NCBI GenBank assembly: GCA_002347655.1
Contig: DDWR01000024.1
Location: forward strand, 140,971-204,970
Direction of reading: 5' to 3'
Length of the DNA: 64,000 nucleotides
Origin: Verrucomicrobia bacterium UBA2281
GTDB taxonomy: Bacteria > Verrucomicrobiota > Kiritimatiellia > CAIQIC01 > Lenti-01
A model generated the notes under the pieces. The model did no database searches. It was not told the DNA's origin and worked only from the letters and a program-made list of their open reading frames with translations. Each line of letters opens with the position of its first letter. Position 1 is the first letter of the stretch. Positions 63,176 through 64,000 of the stretch are shown here, one piece after another. Both the position numbers and the translations under genes were made by a program.

Positions 63176-63827
63176 ACGACTTCTCCTTTCCCGAAGCCTT
63201 GGCTTCTTCGGGTTTCTGGCAGATCCAGCACTTGATGCCGATCTTGCCGGCCATCGTGTTCGCCTCGGCGAACCCGTACTGCACGTCCGCCCGCAGCGTC
63301 TGCAGCGGCACCTTGCCGACCATGTAGTGCTCCACGCGGGCCAGCTCCGCGCCGCCGAGGCGGCCGCAGGCCTGCACGCGGATGCCCAGCGCGCCCATGT
63401 CCATCGTCAGCTGCAGCGCGCGCTTCATCGCGCGGCGGAAGGCCACGCGCCGCTCCAGCTGCAGGGCGATGCTTTCCGCCACCAGCTGCGCGTTCGTGTC
63501 CGGGCTGCGGACTTCCTTGATCTCCACGTAGATTTCCTTGCCGGTCTTGGCGCTGAGCTCCTCGCGGAGCTTGTCGATGCCTTCGCCCTTGCGGCCGATC
63601 ACCACGCCCGGCCGGGCCGTGTAGACCGTCACGCGGGCGCGCTGCGCGTACCGCTCGATCACGACGTCGGCGAGGGCCGCGTCCTTCAGCTTGGCCTGCA
63701 CCATCTCGCGGATCAGCAGATCCTCGTTCAGCAGGTCGCCGAACTCTTTTCTCTCCGCGAACCAGCGGCTCTTCCACTGCTTGTGGACCGCCATGCGGAA
63801 CCCGATCGGATTGACTTTCTGGCCCAA
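63159..63827 (-). CDS. rpsC: 30S ribosomal protein S3
   Basis: (M)[30 protein letters not shown].... TTG start at 63827 with a GGAGG RBS. Confidence 0.9.
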   Translation of the reverse strand: MGQKVNPIGFRMAVHKQWKSRWFAERKEFGDLLNEDLLIREMVQAKLKDAALADVVIERYAQRARVTVYTARPGVVIGRKGEGIDKLREELSAKTGKEIYVEIKEVRSPDTNAQLVAESIALQLERRVAFRRAMKRALQLTMDMGALGIRVQACGRLGGAELARVEHYMVGKVPLQTLRADVQYGFAEANTMAGKIGIKCWICQKPEEAKASGKEKSYAPHA

Positions 63828-63861
63828 AACGTGCCTCCTTCTTTCTCTCTACGTCCCGCCG

Positions 63862-64000
63862 CTATTTCCGCCGCGGCTTTTCGTCCGTCAACGTGATGCG
63901 GACGTGGGCCGTCTTCTTGCGGATCGGCGCCGCCGAGCCGCGCGCCCGCGGCCAGTACCGGGGAATCGTCGGTCCGTTCTCGATCACCGCTTTCGCCACG
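63862..64000 (-). CDS. rplV: 50S ribosomal protein L22 (3' portion; the 5' end lies beyond the window)
   Basis: C-terminal residues ...KKTAHVRITLTDEKPRRK* translated from the minus strand. Confidence 0.75.
   Translation of the reverse strand, partial: VAKAVIENGPTIPRYWPRARGSAAPIRKKTAHVRITLTDEKPRRK

Overview
High-GC (about 68%) bacterial chromosomal segment, probably from a PVC-superphylum-like organism. Weak taxonomic hints are an LL-diaminopimelate aminotransferase (DapL), HAF-type extracellular repeats, and secreted ankyrin-repeat proteins. The core housekeeping content is the S10/spc/alpha ribosomal-protein superoperon on the minus strand (rplV through rplQ, with secY-adk-map-infA-rpmJ inserted and no rpmD), an rpsF-ssb-rpsR-rplI-dnaB-bamA block, pth-rplY-prs with an upstream tRNA-Gln, yajC-secDF-recJ-tgt, ferritin, potABCD, nifS-nifU, dapL, and an ECF sigma/anti-sigma pair. 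Accessory content: (1) a low-GC (about 48%) island at 1.1-3.5 kb carrying a type II restriction-modification system in C-M-R order (controller protein, C5-cytosine methyltransferase, putative endonuclease). It has a near-canonical tandem C-box operator, and a host-GC PLD/Nuc-family nuclease gene sits next to it. (2) An operon-like block at 12.2-20.5 kb: a secreted Trp-rich protein of about 12 tandem 38-aa repeats, then a secreted protein of about 1,780 aa (LamG, TSP3-like Ca-binding motifs, HAF repeats). The last 130-150 residues of the large protein are encoded in low-GC (about 42-45%) DNA and show a clan-CD-like His-Gly/Ala-Gly-Cys dyad. A tightly coupled low-GC small secreted-protein gene follows, which resembles a polymorphic toxin/immunity or protease/inhibitor cassette. 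(3) About 600 nt of GC-rich non-coding sequence upstream of a radical-SAM/SPASM plus family-1 glycosyltransferase pair. (4) A palindrome, TTTTACGT-N3-ACGTAAAA, arrayed four to five times between the convergent ftn and potD terminators and present again between two other convergent genes, which is REP/BIME-like. (5) Two large eukaryote-like ankyrin proteins. Many long GC-driven shadow ORFs in the six-frame track are rejected as spurious.
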